From: Candidatus Multivorans sp.
GTDB taxonomy: Bacteria; Acidobacteriota; Thermoanaerobaculia; Multivoradales; Multivoraceae
Reading direction: 5' to 3'
Assembly: GCA_965247095.1 (NCBI GenBank)
Contig: OZ251997.1
Location: 1,440,001 to 1,504,000 of the forward strand
Length of the DNA: 64,000 nt
Each line of letters begins with the position of its first letter. The first letter of the stretch is position 1. Shown here one piece after another: positions 1 to 8,661 of this stretch. Both the position numbers and the translations under genes were made by a program. Below the pieces are notes generated by a model, which was given only the letters and a program-made list of their open reading frames with translations, searched no databases and was not told where the DNA came from.

Positions 1-44
1 GGGTGATCGAGCAATTCCACGACCAGGTGATGGCCAAGCTGTAG
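1..44 (+). CDS. 3' end of a CDS entering from outside the window (...VIEQFHDQVMAKL*)
   Basis: Open frame with GC-rich third codon positions ending TAG at 42-44; too short to assign. Confidence 0.5.
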   Translation, partial: VIEQFHDQVMAKL

Positions 45-58
45 CTTCGAGCCGACGC

Positions 59-64
59 TACGAT
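59..64 (+). promoter_or_regulatory. Putative -10 box (TACGAT) of a leaderless transcript
   Basis: TAnnnT 6 nt before ATG 71 with no Shine-Dalgarno; the same geometry recurs at other genes. Confidence 0.45.
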
Positions 65-70
65 CACGCC

Positions 71-1177
71 ATGCTGCTGCTGGTTCTGCCCTGGAACGCC
101 GAAGCGGAGGCGTCCGCCGAGTGGTGGTACCTCCGCCGTTGGCTGAGCGGAGAGGCGCGGGCCGTCTTCGGCGATGTCGAGGTCATAGCAAAGTTGCCTG
201 CCAGACTGCCGGATCGCGCCGACGCGGTGCTGATCCTGGAGTCCTGCCGCGTCCTGATCGGCCGGGCTTCCCTGAAGCGGATGCGGGAGGAACTCACCGG
301 CGGCGCGGGCCGTGACCAAGGCGCCGTCTACGCGACCGACCTGACCACGACTGGACCGGAGGCGAGCAACGACCTGTTCACCCTGGCCGACTTCGAGCTC
401 GCCGAGGCGGCGTGGCTCGTCGGCGGCGCCGCGAACCCGGCAACCGCACCGCCCGAGCAGGGGGCGAGCCCCGCCGTCCTGCTGTCGCCCGCCGCGTCAG
501 TCAGGTGGGCGGCAGGTGAACGCCCCGCTGGGCCGCGCGCCGGCCTCTGTTACCAGTTCATCGACTACTACGGCGGCGAGCGCGCCGATGTCCTGCCTCT
601 GCTGCCAGGGGACCTCGGACCTGCATCGTCCGTGCTGGAAATCGGCTGCGGACGCGCCGCGACCGGGGCGCTGATCAAGGAGCGGTTCGGCTGCCGCGTG
701 GTCGGAGTCGAACTGAACCCCGAAGCGGCGGCGGCAGCGGCGGCGCGCCTGGACCGGGTGATGCGCGGCGACGTTCAGATCCTCGAACCGGGCGAGACCT
801 TCGACGCGATCGTCGCCTTCGAGCTGTTCGAGCACCTGACGGACGGGCAGGTCTTCCTGGAGCGGGCAGCCGGCTGGCTCCGTCCCGGCGGCCGGATGGT
901 GTTCTCGGTGCCCAACGTCGGCCACTACTCGGTGGTCGAGGATCTGATTGCCGGGCGTTGGGACTACGTGCCCATGGGCCTGCTCTGCGCCACCCACGTC
1001 CGGTTCTTCACCCGTCGCACGCTGGAGGACTGGCTGCACGCGGCCGGCTTCGACCGCTACCGGATCGACGCCCAGACCACTCCCCTGCCGGCGCGGATCG
1101 ATGCGCTGCCCGCGTCGCTGGCGCCGGACCGCGAGAGTCTGGCCACGGCCGGTTTCTACGTCTCAATCTTCGTGTGA
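71..1177 (+). CDS. Class I SAM-dependent methyltransferase with N-terminal extension
   Basis: VLEIGCGRAATG motif I, FDAIVAFELFEH, LRPGG and SVPNVGH, typical of glycan-associated methyltransferases. Confidence 0.85.
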   Translation: MLLLVLPWNAEAEASAEWWYLRRWLSGEARAVFGDVEVIAKLPARLPDRADAVLILESCRVLIGRASLKRMREELTGGAGRDQGAVYATDLTTTGPEASNDLFTLADFELAEAAWLVGGAANPATAPPEQGASPAVLLSPAASVRWAAGERPAGPRAGLCYQFIDYYGGERADVLPLLPGDLGPASSVLEIGCGRAATGALIKERFGCRVVGVELNPEAAAAAAARLDRVMRGDVQILEPGETFDAIVAFELFEHLTDGQVFLERAAGWLRPGGRMVFSVPNVGHYSVVEDLIAGRWDYVPMGLLCATHVRFFTRRTLEDWLHAAGFDRYRIDAQTTPLPARIDALPASLAPDRESLATAGFYVSIFV

Positions 1178-2205
1178 CCGACCGGCCGCTCCGTCACGAG
1201 ACCGTGCCGGAACGCGCCCAACAGCGCTTCGGCCGTCCGTTGCTCGGTGTACGTCTCGGCGATAGAGCGACCGCCCGCGCCCAACCGGCGTCGCAGTTCC
1301 CGGTCCCGCCACAGGCGTTCGACCGCCGAGCGAAGCGCCTCCGCGTCACCGACCGGCACCTTGATCGAGGCCCGGTCCTCCGGGTCGAGGTCGCGGTGCG
1401 ACGGAATGTCCGTCAACACACAGGCGCGGCCGCAGCCCATCGCCTCGAGCGCGATCAGACCGAAGCCTTCGAGCGGCGACGACGGACCGATGCATAGATC
1501 GACGCCCCGGAACAGCGCCGGTACTGCCGTCGGCGGGACATGGCGTCGCCGGTCCGCCTCGGGCCACAGGGCCAGTTCCTCCTCGTCCGCATCGAGCGAC
1601 AGGCGGACCAGTTCGAGCCGTCCCCCGGTCTGCTCGAACAGAGGCCGAAGCGCCCGCAGGCACCAGGCCACGCCCTTGACCTCGAGGGCCCAGTGCCCGC
1701 TGACCAGCAGCCGCAACCGACCGTCGTCGGCGCGCTCACGCTCCGGCGGGCGGAACAGGTCCGGCTCGAAGGGCTGCGGAATCCAACGCGCCGCCACGCC
1801 GTGCCGATCGCGCAGTGTACGAACCAGGTGCGGCGATACAACCAGCTTGAGCGCCGGCAGGTCGTAGGCCACCCGCATCGCCTCACGGGCTACCGGCGCC
1901 AGCGTGTCGTGACCCGGCTCGTACCCCTGGCACAGGTGGCAGGCCAGCCGCTCGGCGATCTCGATCGCCGGGGCGACCGTCGGCGCCAGCGTGCCGACTG
2001 CGACCTCGACTCGGGGCAGGAAACGACCCTCGAGGGCCGGAGCCTGCCGGTAGAACGCGTCGGCACCGTCGAACCAGTCCGGGCAAGTGTCAGGCGAATG
2101 GACCGTGACCTCGACCCCGAGCCGCCTCAAGGCCCGAGCGTGCTGGAACACGACCTTGACGCCGCCGTAGAGGGCGGCGCCGGGCAGGAGATAGGCGACT
2201 CTCAG
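1156..2205 (-). CDS. Glycosyltransferase family 4 (GT-B), probable CTG start
   Basis: EGFGLIALEAMGCG motif; frame extends upstream of the called 2151 start as (M)RVAYLLPGAALYGGVKVV, a typical GT4 N-terminus, from CTG at 2205. Confidence 0.85.
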   Translation of the reverse strand: MRVAYLLPGAALYGGVKVVFQHARALRRLGVEVTVHSPDTCPDWFDGADAFYRQAPALEGRFLPRVEVAVGTLAPTVAPAIEIAERLACHLCQGYEPGHDTLAPVAREAMRVAYDLPALKLVVSPHLVRTLRDRHGVAARWIPQPFEPDLFRPPERERADDGRLRLLVSGHWALEVKGVAWCLRALRPLFEQTGGRLELVRLSLDADEEELALWPEADRRRHVPPTAVPALFRGVDLCIGPSSPLEGFGLIALEAMGCGRACVLTDIPSHRDLDPEDRASIKVPVGDAEALRSAVERLWRDRELRRRLGAGGRSIAETYTEQRTAEALLGAFRHGLVTERPVGHTKIET

Positions 2206-2240
2206 GCCACAATCCCCAGCGATCAGGCCACGATGCCCAA
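2202..2240. repeat. Imperfect 18-bp duplication (21-bp period) of the upstream gene's 3' end
   Basis: tcaggccacaatccccag (2202-2219) vs tcaggccacgatgcccaa (2223-2240); both read LGIVA* on the minus strand. Confidence 0.7.
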
Positions 2241-3617
2241 CGGCGGCCGCGTCCGGTAGGCGCCTCGGGTGAAGTCCGGGAACTCGACCGGCTCGCTGCC
2301 CCGCGCCACCGAGAGTTCGCTCAACTCGACCGGCGCCGACAGCGCGGCCGCATCGTAGACGTCCATGTCGGTCGGCGTGCCCTCAAGCAGGCAGCGCACG
2401 AGGCGGTAGTCCTCGAGGTAGTCCATGCCGCCGTGGCCGGCGCCCTCGGCGTCGTCCGCCTGCTCCGACCACAACGGGTGTTCGAAGCGCTCCCGGTAGG
2501 GCTCGACGTCGCTCCAGTCGTGCCCTTCGGCCTCGCCCTCGATGAATACGCGGTCCGGGAAGCCCGCGAACACGCCGCGCGTGCCCTGCACCAGGTTCAG
2601 CCGGCTGTATGGCCGGGGCGTCGTCGTGTCGTGCTGGAGCAGGATGCTGCGCCCGCGGCGCGTACGGATCAGGCTGGAGTTCATGTCGCCGAGGGCGTAG
2701 CGGACCTTGGCCCGCGGGTCGTCGGTCCCGAAGCGCTCGGCCGCGTAACGCGCCAGACCGCGAGCCGGGCTCGAGAGCGACACGAGGTAGTCGAAGCAGT
2801 CGCCCCGGTTGATGTCCATGCACTGGGCCACCGGTCCGAGGCCGTGGGTCGGATAGAGGTTCGCGTTCCGCTCGACCGAGTGCTGCAAACGCCAAAGGCC
2901 CTCGTTCGCATCGGAGAACTTGATCGACCGCAGGTCGTGGATGTAGGCCGCCTCGCCGTGCAGGAGTTCGCCAAGCAGGCCCTGGCGCACCATGTTGAGG
3001 ACCATCATCTCGCTGCGGCCGTAGTTGCAGTTCTCCATCATCACGCAGTGGCGTGCCGTGCGCTCGGCGGTCTCGACCAGCCGCCAGCAGCCCTCAAGCG
3101 TGATCGCGGCCGGCACCTCGACCGCGGTGTGCTTGCCGGTCTCCATCGCCTCGACGCAGACCGGCACGTGCCAGCGCCAGGGCGTCGCGTTGAACACCAG
3201 ATCGACGTCGTCGCGCTCGCATAACCGCTTGAAGTCCGTCTCCCCGCGCGTGTAGAGCTCCGGCGCCTCATTCCCGGCGTCGACCACCCAGGACGCGACC
3301 TCCTCGGCGCGCGGCTCGTCGATGTCGCACACCGCAACGATGTCGACACCGTCGATACGGAGGAAGTTGCGGACGTGGCCGCCGCCCTGGAGACCGACGC
3401 CGACGAAGCCGATCCGCACACGCTCGAGTGGCGGCGCGGCGAACCCCGCGCGATAGGCCTCGACCGCCGGGTCGGCCGCCTGTGGTCCGGTCTGCCGGCC
3501 GACCGGCTCCTGAGGAGTTGCGGCGCGGGCGCGCACTGCCGCTGCGGCGGCGGCCGGGCCCACCCATGCCGCCTTCAACAGCTCACGGCGCCCCCACCGA
3601 GGTGTCCACCTGCTCAT
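2223..3617 (-). CDS. Tat-exported Gfo/Idh/MocA protein, GH109 alpha-N-acetylgalactosaminidase-like
   Basis: GRRELLK twin-arginine signal, IGFVGVGLQG Rossmann motif, EVP, MENCNY, YPTHG and GHGGMD motifs; start placed at MSRWT. Confidence 0.85.
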   Translation of the reverse strand: MSRWTPRWGRRELLKAAWVGPAAAAAAVRARAATPQEPVGRQTGPQAADPAVEAYRAGFAAPPLERVRIGFVGVGLQGGGHVRNFLRIDGVDIVAVCDIDEPRAEEVASWVVDAGNEAPELYTRGETDFKRLCERDDVDLVFNATPWRWHVPVCVEAMETGKHTAVEVPAAITLEGCWRLVETAERTARHCVMMENCNYGRSEMMVLNMVRQGLLGELLHGEAAYIHDLRSIKFSDANEGLWRLQHSVERNANLYPTHGLGPVAQCMDINRGDCFDYLVSLSSPARGLARYAAERFGTDDPRAKVRYALGDMNSSLIRTRRGRSILLQHDTTTPRPYSRLNLVQGTRGVFAGFPDRVFIEGEAEGHDWSDVEPYRERFEHPLWSEQADDAEGAGHGGMDYLEDYRLVRCLLEGTPTDMDVYDAAALSAPVELSELSVARGSEPVEFPDFTRGAYRTRPPLGIVA

Positions 3618-3735
3618 GGACCGGAGGCTACACCCAGGAGACCGGGCAGCGCCACGAAGGTTCTCCGTTCGACCGCCAACTCCAGGGCCCCTTCCCTTGG
3701 ACGGCAAACGGGGCCGCAACCGTATACTCCTCTGC

Positions 3736-4341
3736 ATGTCCGTGACGTTGCTGGAACAGCCGCCGCCGACGCTGCACCGGAAGCTCGGCCCGTACCGCCG
3801 GGCCGACTACGCCGTCCTGCCAGACGAACCACGCTGCGAACTGATCTTCGGCAGGCTCTATTTGAGTCCGAGCCGAGTCCCCCTGCACCAGTTCCTCGTG
3901 ACCCGGATCTGGCGCCTTGTCGCCGACGTGGCGGAACGGACCGGCGGCATGGCGCTGGTCGCGCCGATGGATGTCCACCTCGCCGACCACTCCGTGGTGC
4001 AGCCCGACATCCTCTACGTCTCGCGGCGGAACCGCGGGATCATCCAGAACTGGATCGAAGGTCCGCCCGACCTTGTGGTCGAGATCCTGTCGAGGTCGAC
4101 GGCAAGCCGGGACCAGGTCCACAAGCTGAACCTCTACGCCGAGGCTGGTGTACCCGAGTACTGGATCGTCGATCCGGCGGGTCGCCACATCACGTTTCTT
4201 GTGCTCCGGGACGGCGCCTTTGCCGTCTATGCCCCGGAAGCGGGAGAGTGGCGCTCTCCTGCGCTCCCCGAGGTCAAGTTGGACATCGACAGTCTGTGGG
4301 CAGCGGTCGAACGAGAGTTCGGCCCACGTTCCGGCCCGTAG
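3736..4341 (+). CDS. Uma2 family PD-(D/E)xK endonuclease
   Basis: ELIFG, VQPDILY, PDLVVEILS, KLNLYAEAGVPEYWIVDP; TATACT 7 nt before the ATG. Confidence 0.9.
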   Translation: MSVTLLEQPPPTLHRKLGPYRRADYAVLPDEPRCELIFGRLYLSPSRVPLHQFLVTRIWRLVADVAERTGGMALVAPMDVHLADHSVVQPDILYVSRRNRGIIQNWIEGPPDLVVEILSRSTASRDQVHKLNLYAEAGVPEYWIVDPAGRHITFLVLRDGAFAVYAPEAGEWRSPALPEVKLDIDSLWAAVEREFGPRSGP

Positions 4342-4354
4342 CGGCGACCGGAGC

Positions 4355-4467
4355 GGCGCTTCGCGCCGAATGCGGGCGGGACGCCCGCATGTCATCCGTG
4401 CGCCCGATGACCGGCGCACGGAGTGGTTCGCGGGTGGCGCGGATCGCGCCACCCGGGTTCCCAGGGA
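4355..4467. repeat. Multi-hairpin REP/MITE-like element, full copy
   Basis: Stems atgcgggcg/cgcccgcat, tccgtgcgcc/ggcgcacgga and cgggtggcgcg/cgcgccacccg followed by ggttcccaggg; homologous to 26689-26757 and 34719-34829. Confidence 0.85.
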
Positions 4468-4474
4468 CTAGCTG

Positions 4475-5281
4475 CTAGAAGTTGAAGAAGTCGTCTTCCT
4501 CGCCGCCGCCGAGGTAGGACGCCTCCTCGTCGAGCCAGGCCTGGAACCCTTCCTCGGTGTGAACGGTCAGGAAGCCGCGCATCGAGTAGTGGCTGTTGCC
4601 GCAGAGCTGGGCGCAGGCGATTTCGTAGACGTAGTCGGGATTGCCGACCTCCTCGCGAATCCGGGCCGTCGTCTTGGTGGGAATGAACCAGACCGGAATC
4701 GAGAGACCCGGGATCACGTCCTGTTTGATCCGCATGTTCGGGAGATTGAAGCTGTGGATCACGTCCTTCGACCTCAGATGAATGATCGCCGGCTTGTCGA
4801 CGGGGAGATGCAACTGGTTCACGGTCCAGATGTCGTCGGTGCCTGCCGGGTCGTTGCGGTCGAGGCCGATCGGGTTCGTCGCCTCGTCGGTCAGGTGCGG
4901 ATCCGCCTGCCCAAACACGCCGTCAGCGCCCGGGTACCAGACGTTCCAGGCGAACTGCTGCGCAACGACGCGCACGACCGTTGACTCCGACTCGGACGGC
5001 ACTTCGTCGACTCGTTCCGCCCACATGGGGATCGAGAAGCCGAGGAGCAGAATCCCCTCCCCGATCGCCACCGCGACCTCGCCATACGTGCTCATCTTGC
5101 TCTTGACGCCGACGTAGTCCGCCTTGGGATTGCGGCCGGCGCGGAAGCGCATCAGCGTGTAGAGGAAGAACGCACCCCACACAATCAAGAGCGCGAGCAT
5201 CAGGTAGTGCACCGCGTCGATCATGGTGTCGATCGCGCCGGCATGGGCCGAAGCGGCCGCCGGGAACATGGCATCCATCAT
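4475..5281 (-). CDS. coxB: Cytochrome c oxidase subunit II (CuA), no fused cytochrome c
   Basis: Two TM helices, QQFAWNVWY, DVIHSF and CAQLCGNSHYSM CuA motif. Confidence 0.95.
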   Translation of the reverse strand: MMDAMFPAAASAHAGAIDTMIDAVHYLMLALLIVWGAFFLYTLMRFRAGRNPKADYVGVKSKMSTYGEVAVAIGEGILLLGFSIPMWAERVDEVPSESESTVVRVVAQQFAWNVWYPGADGVFGQADPHLTDEATNPIGLDRNDPAGTDDIWTVNQLHLPVDKPAIIHLRSKDVIHSFNLPNMRIKQDVIPGLSIPVWFIPTKTTARIREEVGNPDYVYEIACAQLCGNSHYSMRGFLTVHTEEGFQAWLDEEASYLGGGEEDDFFNF

Positions 5282-5387
5282 GACTTCACTGGCTCCTCAA
5301 CTGCCGTCAAGAAAGTAGGGCTGCAGGCACTGCCCCGGCGGAACGCCGGGCAAATCGTTGCCATCATGACTTCACTGGCTCCTCAAC
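5275..5387. repeat. 27-bp perfect direct repeat flanking a 59-bp hairpin-containing spacer
   Basis: ccatcatgacttcactggctcctcaac at 5275-5301 and 5361-5387. Confidence 0.9.
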
Positions 5388-5837
5388 CGTGCTCCACCAG
5401 GGCGGCACCGGGTCTGTTTGCAAACGACGCGCGCGGCGCCGGACATGGAGAAAGAAGAGAACGAAGGCGGCCTGCATCACGAGCACCGCGCCGAGCAGGA
5501 ACCACACACCGACGCGCGCGGCGTCGATCATCGAGCCTTCCGCGGCGCCGTAGCAGACGGAGCAGGCCCAGGCCGCCTGCTCGGATCCGAAGAGCCACAG
5601 GCCAACCACCGCGGGCACGCTGCGGAACAGCTTGCGGCGGCGATTCCACTCCTCTTCGGGCGTGGTGATCTTGCGCCAGAACCAGAAGCCGTACACCACC
5701 AGCGCCGCGGCGACAACGAAGGAACCCACCCCGAGTGCGAAGAACTCGGCGCCTTGGGCCAGGCACCAGCCTCCGAAGAACAACGCCAACAGAACGGCGC
5801 TGCTCACGAAGACGATGTGGATGACCTTCAGGTTCAT
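5364..5837 (-). CDS. Small multi-pass membrane protein with CxxC (ACSVCYG), oxidase-operon accessory protein
   Basis: Between coxD and coxB; hydrophobic helices; start at MNLKVIH. Confidence 0.75.
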   Translation of the reverse strand: MNLKVIHIVFVSSAVLLALFFGGWCLAQGAEFFALGVGSFVVAAALVVYGFWFWRKITTPEEEWNRRRKLFRSVPAVVGLWLFGSEQAAWACSVCYGAAEGSMIDAARVGVWFLLGAVLVMQAAFVLFFLHVRRRARRLQTDPVPPWWSTVEEPVKS

Positions 5838-5844
5838 GGCTTGA

Positions 5845-6174
5845 TCAGTGCGGCGCCGGTGCTCCGCTGGGCGCAAAGACTCCCGCCTGGTCGATCACCG
5901 AGGTCAGGAGCGGAACAGCCATCAGGACAACGAAGAACGCGACCGTCAGGAGCAGCGCCCAGTGGATCAGCTTCTTCTCATCGATCAGGTGCATGAAGAA
6001 GCAGGCGACCAGGGACGCCTTGACGCTCGCGATGAACAGACCGATGGCGATGGCCAGCGGCACCGACACATCAAGGTACGAGGCCGCGACCGTGACCCCG
6101 GTGCCGACCAGCAGGGCACCGAACACCAGGAAGTACGTACGAACGTGCTTGTCGATATCGACGTGTTCACTCAT
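5845..6174 (-). CDS. coxD: Cytochrome c oxidase subunit IV family protein
   Basis: Three TM helices with KASLVACFFMHL motif. Confidence 0.9.
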   Translation of the reverse strand: MSEHVDIDKHVRTYFLVFGALLVGTGVTVAASYLDVSVPLAIAIGLFIASVKASLVACFFMHLIDEKKLIHWALLLTVAFFVVLMAVPLLTSVIDQAGVFAPSGAPAPH

Positions 6175-6225
6175 GGGATACGACTCGCTCCAAGGTAGCT
6201 ACGGATCAGGGCGAAAGAGGCTCAG

Positions 6226-6825
6226 CTACAGCAGGTAGAAGACGGGGAAGAGGAAGATCCAGACCAGGTCGACGAAGTGCCAGAACAGGCCCGAGTGCTC
6301 GACGCGGTCCGTCAGCCACTGCCGGTTGGTGTGGAACAGCTTCGACCCCGGCCCGCTGAAGTAGGCGTTCCAGGCCATGCCGCCGATCACGTGCAGGGCA
6401 TGCAGCCCGGTCATCGTGAAGTAGATGGCGAGGAAGGTGTTCGACTCCGGATAGTGGTCGTGCGCGAACTTCGCCGTGTACTCGAAGTACTTGATGACCA
6501 GGAAGCCGCCGCCGCAAGCGACGGTCAACCAGCCGAACAGGCGGAAGCGGTTCAACTGTCCGCGCATCAGGGACGCCCAGGCCATCACCATGGTCAGACT
6601 GGAGGCGATCAGCACGGCGGTGTTGAGCGTCGCCAGCGGGATGTTCAGCTCCGCCTCGGCCTGGTAGTGCGCCCACTGACCGTCCGACCCGAGGCGCAGC
6701 ATGATGTAGGTGGCGAACAGCGCGCCGAACAGCATGACCTCCGAGGTCAGAAACAGCCAGATCCCGATCTTGCCGTTGTTGAGGCCCGTTTCGGGGTGGG
6801 CCTCTACCGTGTAGGGGATTTCCAT
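6226..6825 (-). CDS. coxC: Cytochrome c oxidase subunit III (short form)
   Basis: WLFLTSEVMLFGALF, TGLHALHV and WHFVDLVWIFLF motifs. Confidence 0.95.
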   Translation of the reverse strand: MEIPYTVEAHPETGLNNGKIGIWLFLTSEVMLFGALFATYIMLRLGSDGQWAHYQAEAELNIPLATLNTAVLIASSLTMVMAWASLMRGQLNRFRLFGWLTVACGGGFLVIKYFEYTAKFAHDHYPESNTFLAIYFTMTGLHALHVIGGMAWNAYFSGPGSKLFHTNRQWLTDRVEHSGLFWHFVDLVWIFLFPVFYLL

Positions 6826-6845
6826 CTCTTCAGGTCCTCAGGCAG

Positions 6846-8603
6846 TCAGGTTGAGGCCGGTTCGGCCTGTGGAGCGTAGTCCTTGTCGCTACCCGGGACG
6901 CTGTACTCGTAGGGCCCGCGTACGACCTCAATCGGCTGATCGAAGTTGCCGTGCGGCGCCGGCGACGGCGCCAACCACTCAAGCGTGGTCGAGTTCCAGG
7001 GGTTGCGGCCAGCCTTCTCGCCGTTCCGGATGCTCATGAAGAAGTTGATGATGAAGGGAATCTGGGCTAGGGCCAGACACCAGGCCGAGACCGACATCAT
7101 CCGGTTCAGGCCGGCCACCTCACCCGCGAAGTCGTAGGTGATGCCGCCGTCCGCCAGCCGCCGGGAGACGCCGTTCAGACCCTGGATCATCATCGGGAAG
7201 AAGACCCCGTTCATGAAGATGAGCGAAGGCCAGAAGTGGAGCTTGCCCAGGAACTCGTTCATCTTGCGGCCCGTGACCTTCGGGAACCAGTAGTAGACGC
7301 CGGCAAACAGCGCGAACAGGGTTCCGGGCGCGACCACGTAGTGGAAGTGCCCGATCACGTAGTAGGTGTCGTGCAGCGGGATGTCCGCCGCCGACAGACC
7401 GAGCGGCAGCCCGGTCAGCCCTCCGATGCCGAACATCGGCAGGAAGCCGAGCGCGAACAGCATCGGCGTGTTGAAGCGGATGGACCCGCCCCAAAGCGAG
7501 ATGAACAGCGCGCTCAGGATGATCACCGATGGGATGGAGATGATCATCGTCGTGGTCTGGAAGAAGGCGGACATCACCGAACCCATGCCGGTGATGAACA
7601 TGTGGTGCGCCCAGACGATGAAGCTCATGAAGCCGAGGAAGATCAGCGAGTACACCATCGAGCGGTAGCCCCAGAGCGGCTTGCGCGAGTTGTTCGCAAT
7701 AACCTCGGCGACGATGCCCATCGCCGGCAGGATCAGGACGTAGACCTCTGGATGGGCGAGGAACCAGAACAGGTGCTGCCAGAGCAGGGGGCTGCCGCCG
7801 CCGCTGACCTCGAGCACCTCGCCGCCGACCACCAGGCCGTCAGGCAGGAAGAAGCTGGTGGAGGCGACCCGGTCCATCAATTGCAGCACGCCCGCGGCTT
7901 CCAGCGGCGGGAAGGCGAGCAGCAGCAGGAAGGCGGTCACGATCTGCGCCCAGCAGAAGAAGGGCAGGCGCATCCAGGTCATCCCGGGCGCCCGGAGTTG
8001 CACCGCGGTGGTGATGAAATTGATCGCGCCGAGCAGCGACGACGTGATCAGGAAGATCATCCCGATCAGCCACGCCGTCTGGCCGTTCAGCGCGATATCG
8101 GAAAGCGGCGAGTAGGAGGTCCAGCCGTTGGCGGCGGCGCCGGTGGGCAGGAAGAAGCTGGCGAACATCGTCACGCCGCCCATGAACAGGGACCAGTAGC
8201 TGATCATGTTGATGCGCGGGAAGGCCATGTCCGGCGCGCCGAGCTGCAGCGGCATCACGAAGTTGCCGAAGCCGCCGACTGCCAGGGGCACAACGCCCAG
8301 GAACACCATGATCGTGCCGTGCATGGCGCCGAGTTCGTTGTAGAAGTCCGGCAGCATGATGCCGCCCGGCGCCCGGCTGTCACCCAGCAGCGAACCGATC
8401 AGGGGAATCGCCTCGCCCGGATAGGCGAGCTGCCAGCGCATGATCATCATCAGACAGAACCCGAAGAACAGGAACGCCAGACCAGTCACGGAGTACTGGA
8501 CGCCGATCACCTTGTGATCGGTCGAGAAGATGAACTTCCGCCAGAAGCTCTGCTCGTGGTGATGCTCTTCGTATGCGTGTGAGGCTTGAACGGGCTCCGC
8601 CAT
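6846..8603 (-). CDS. coxA: Heme-copper oxidase subunit I, A-family-like
   Basis: TDHKVIG, MHGTIM, PDMAFPR, AHPEVY, WAHHM, HDTYYVIGHFHY and RR motifs. Confidence 0.97.
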   Translation of the reverse strand: MAEPVQASHAYEEHHHEQSFWRKFIFSTDHKVIGVQYSVTGLAFLFFGFCLMMIMRWQLAYPGEAIPLIGSLLGDSRAPGGIMLPDFYNELGAMHGTIMVFLGVVPLAVGGFGNFVMPLQLGAPDMAFPRINMISYWSLFMGGVTMFASFFLPTGAAANGWTSYSPLSDIALNGQTAWLIGMIFLITSSLLGAINFITTAVQLRAPGMTWMRLPFFCWAQIVTAFLLLLAFPPLEAAGVLQLMDRVASTSFFLPDGLVVGGEVLEVSGGGSPLLWQHLFWFLAHPEVYVLILPAMGIVAEVIANNSRKPLWGYRSMVYSLIFLGFMSFIVWAHHMFITGMGSVMSAFFQTTTMIISIPSVIILSALFISLWGGSIRFNTPMLFALGFLPMFGIGGLTGLPLGLSAADIPLHDTYYVIGHFHYVVAPGTLFALFAGVYYWFPKVTGRKMNEFLGKLHFWPSLIFMNGVFFPMMIQGLNGVSRRLADGGITYDFAGEVAGLNRMMSVSAWCLALAQIPFIINFFMSIRNGEKAGRNPWNSTTLEWLAPSPAPHGNFDQPIEVVRGPYEYSVPGSDKDYAPQAEPAST

Positions 8604-8661
8604 GGACGCCGCTCCTTTCCTGGTCCTTGTCTCGACTCTTCGACCCGGCAGTACGGCCCGA

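Noticed and set aside
2202-2225. Selenocysteine or stop readthrough at the GH109 TGA (LGIVA*SLGIVA*)
   Set aside because: Readthrough would add only seven residues and no SECIS-like hairpin is evident; a duplicated tail explains it
4580-4620. CuA motif CAQLC instead of CAELC as a standalone novelty
   Set aside because: That residue binds CuA through its backbone carbonyl and Gln occurs in other oxidases; only supporting context for the divergent oxidase
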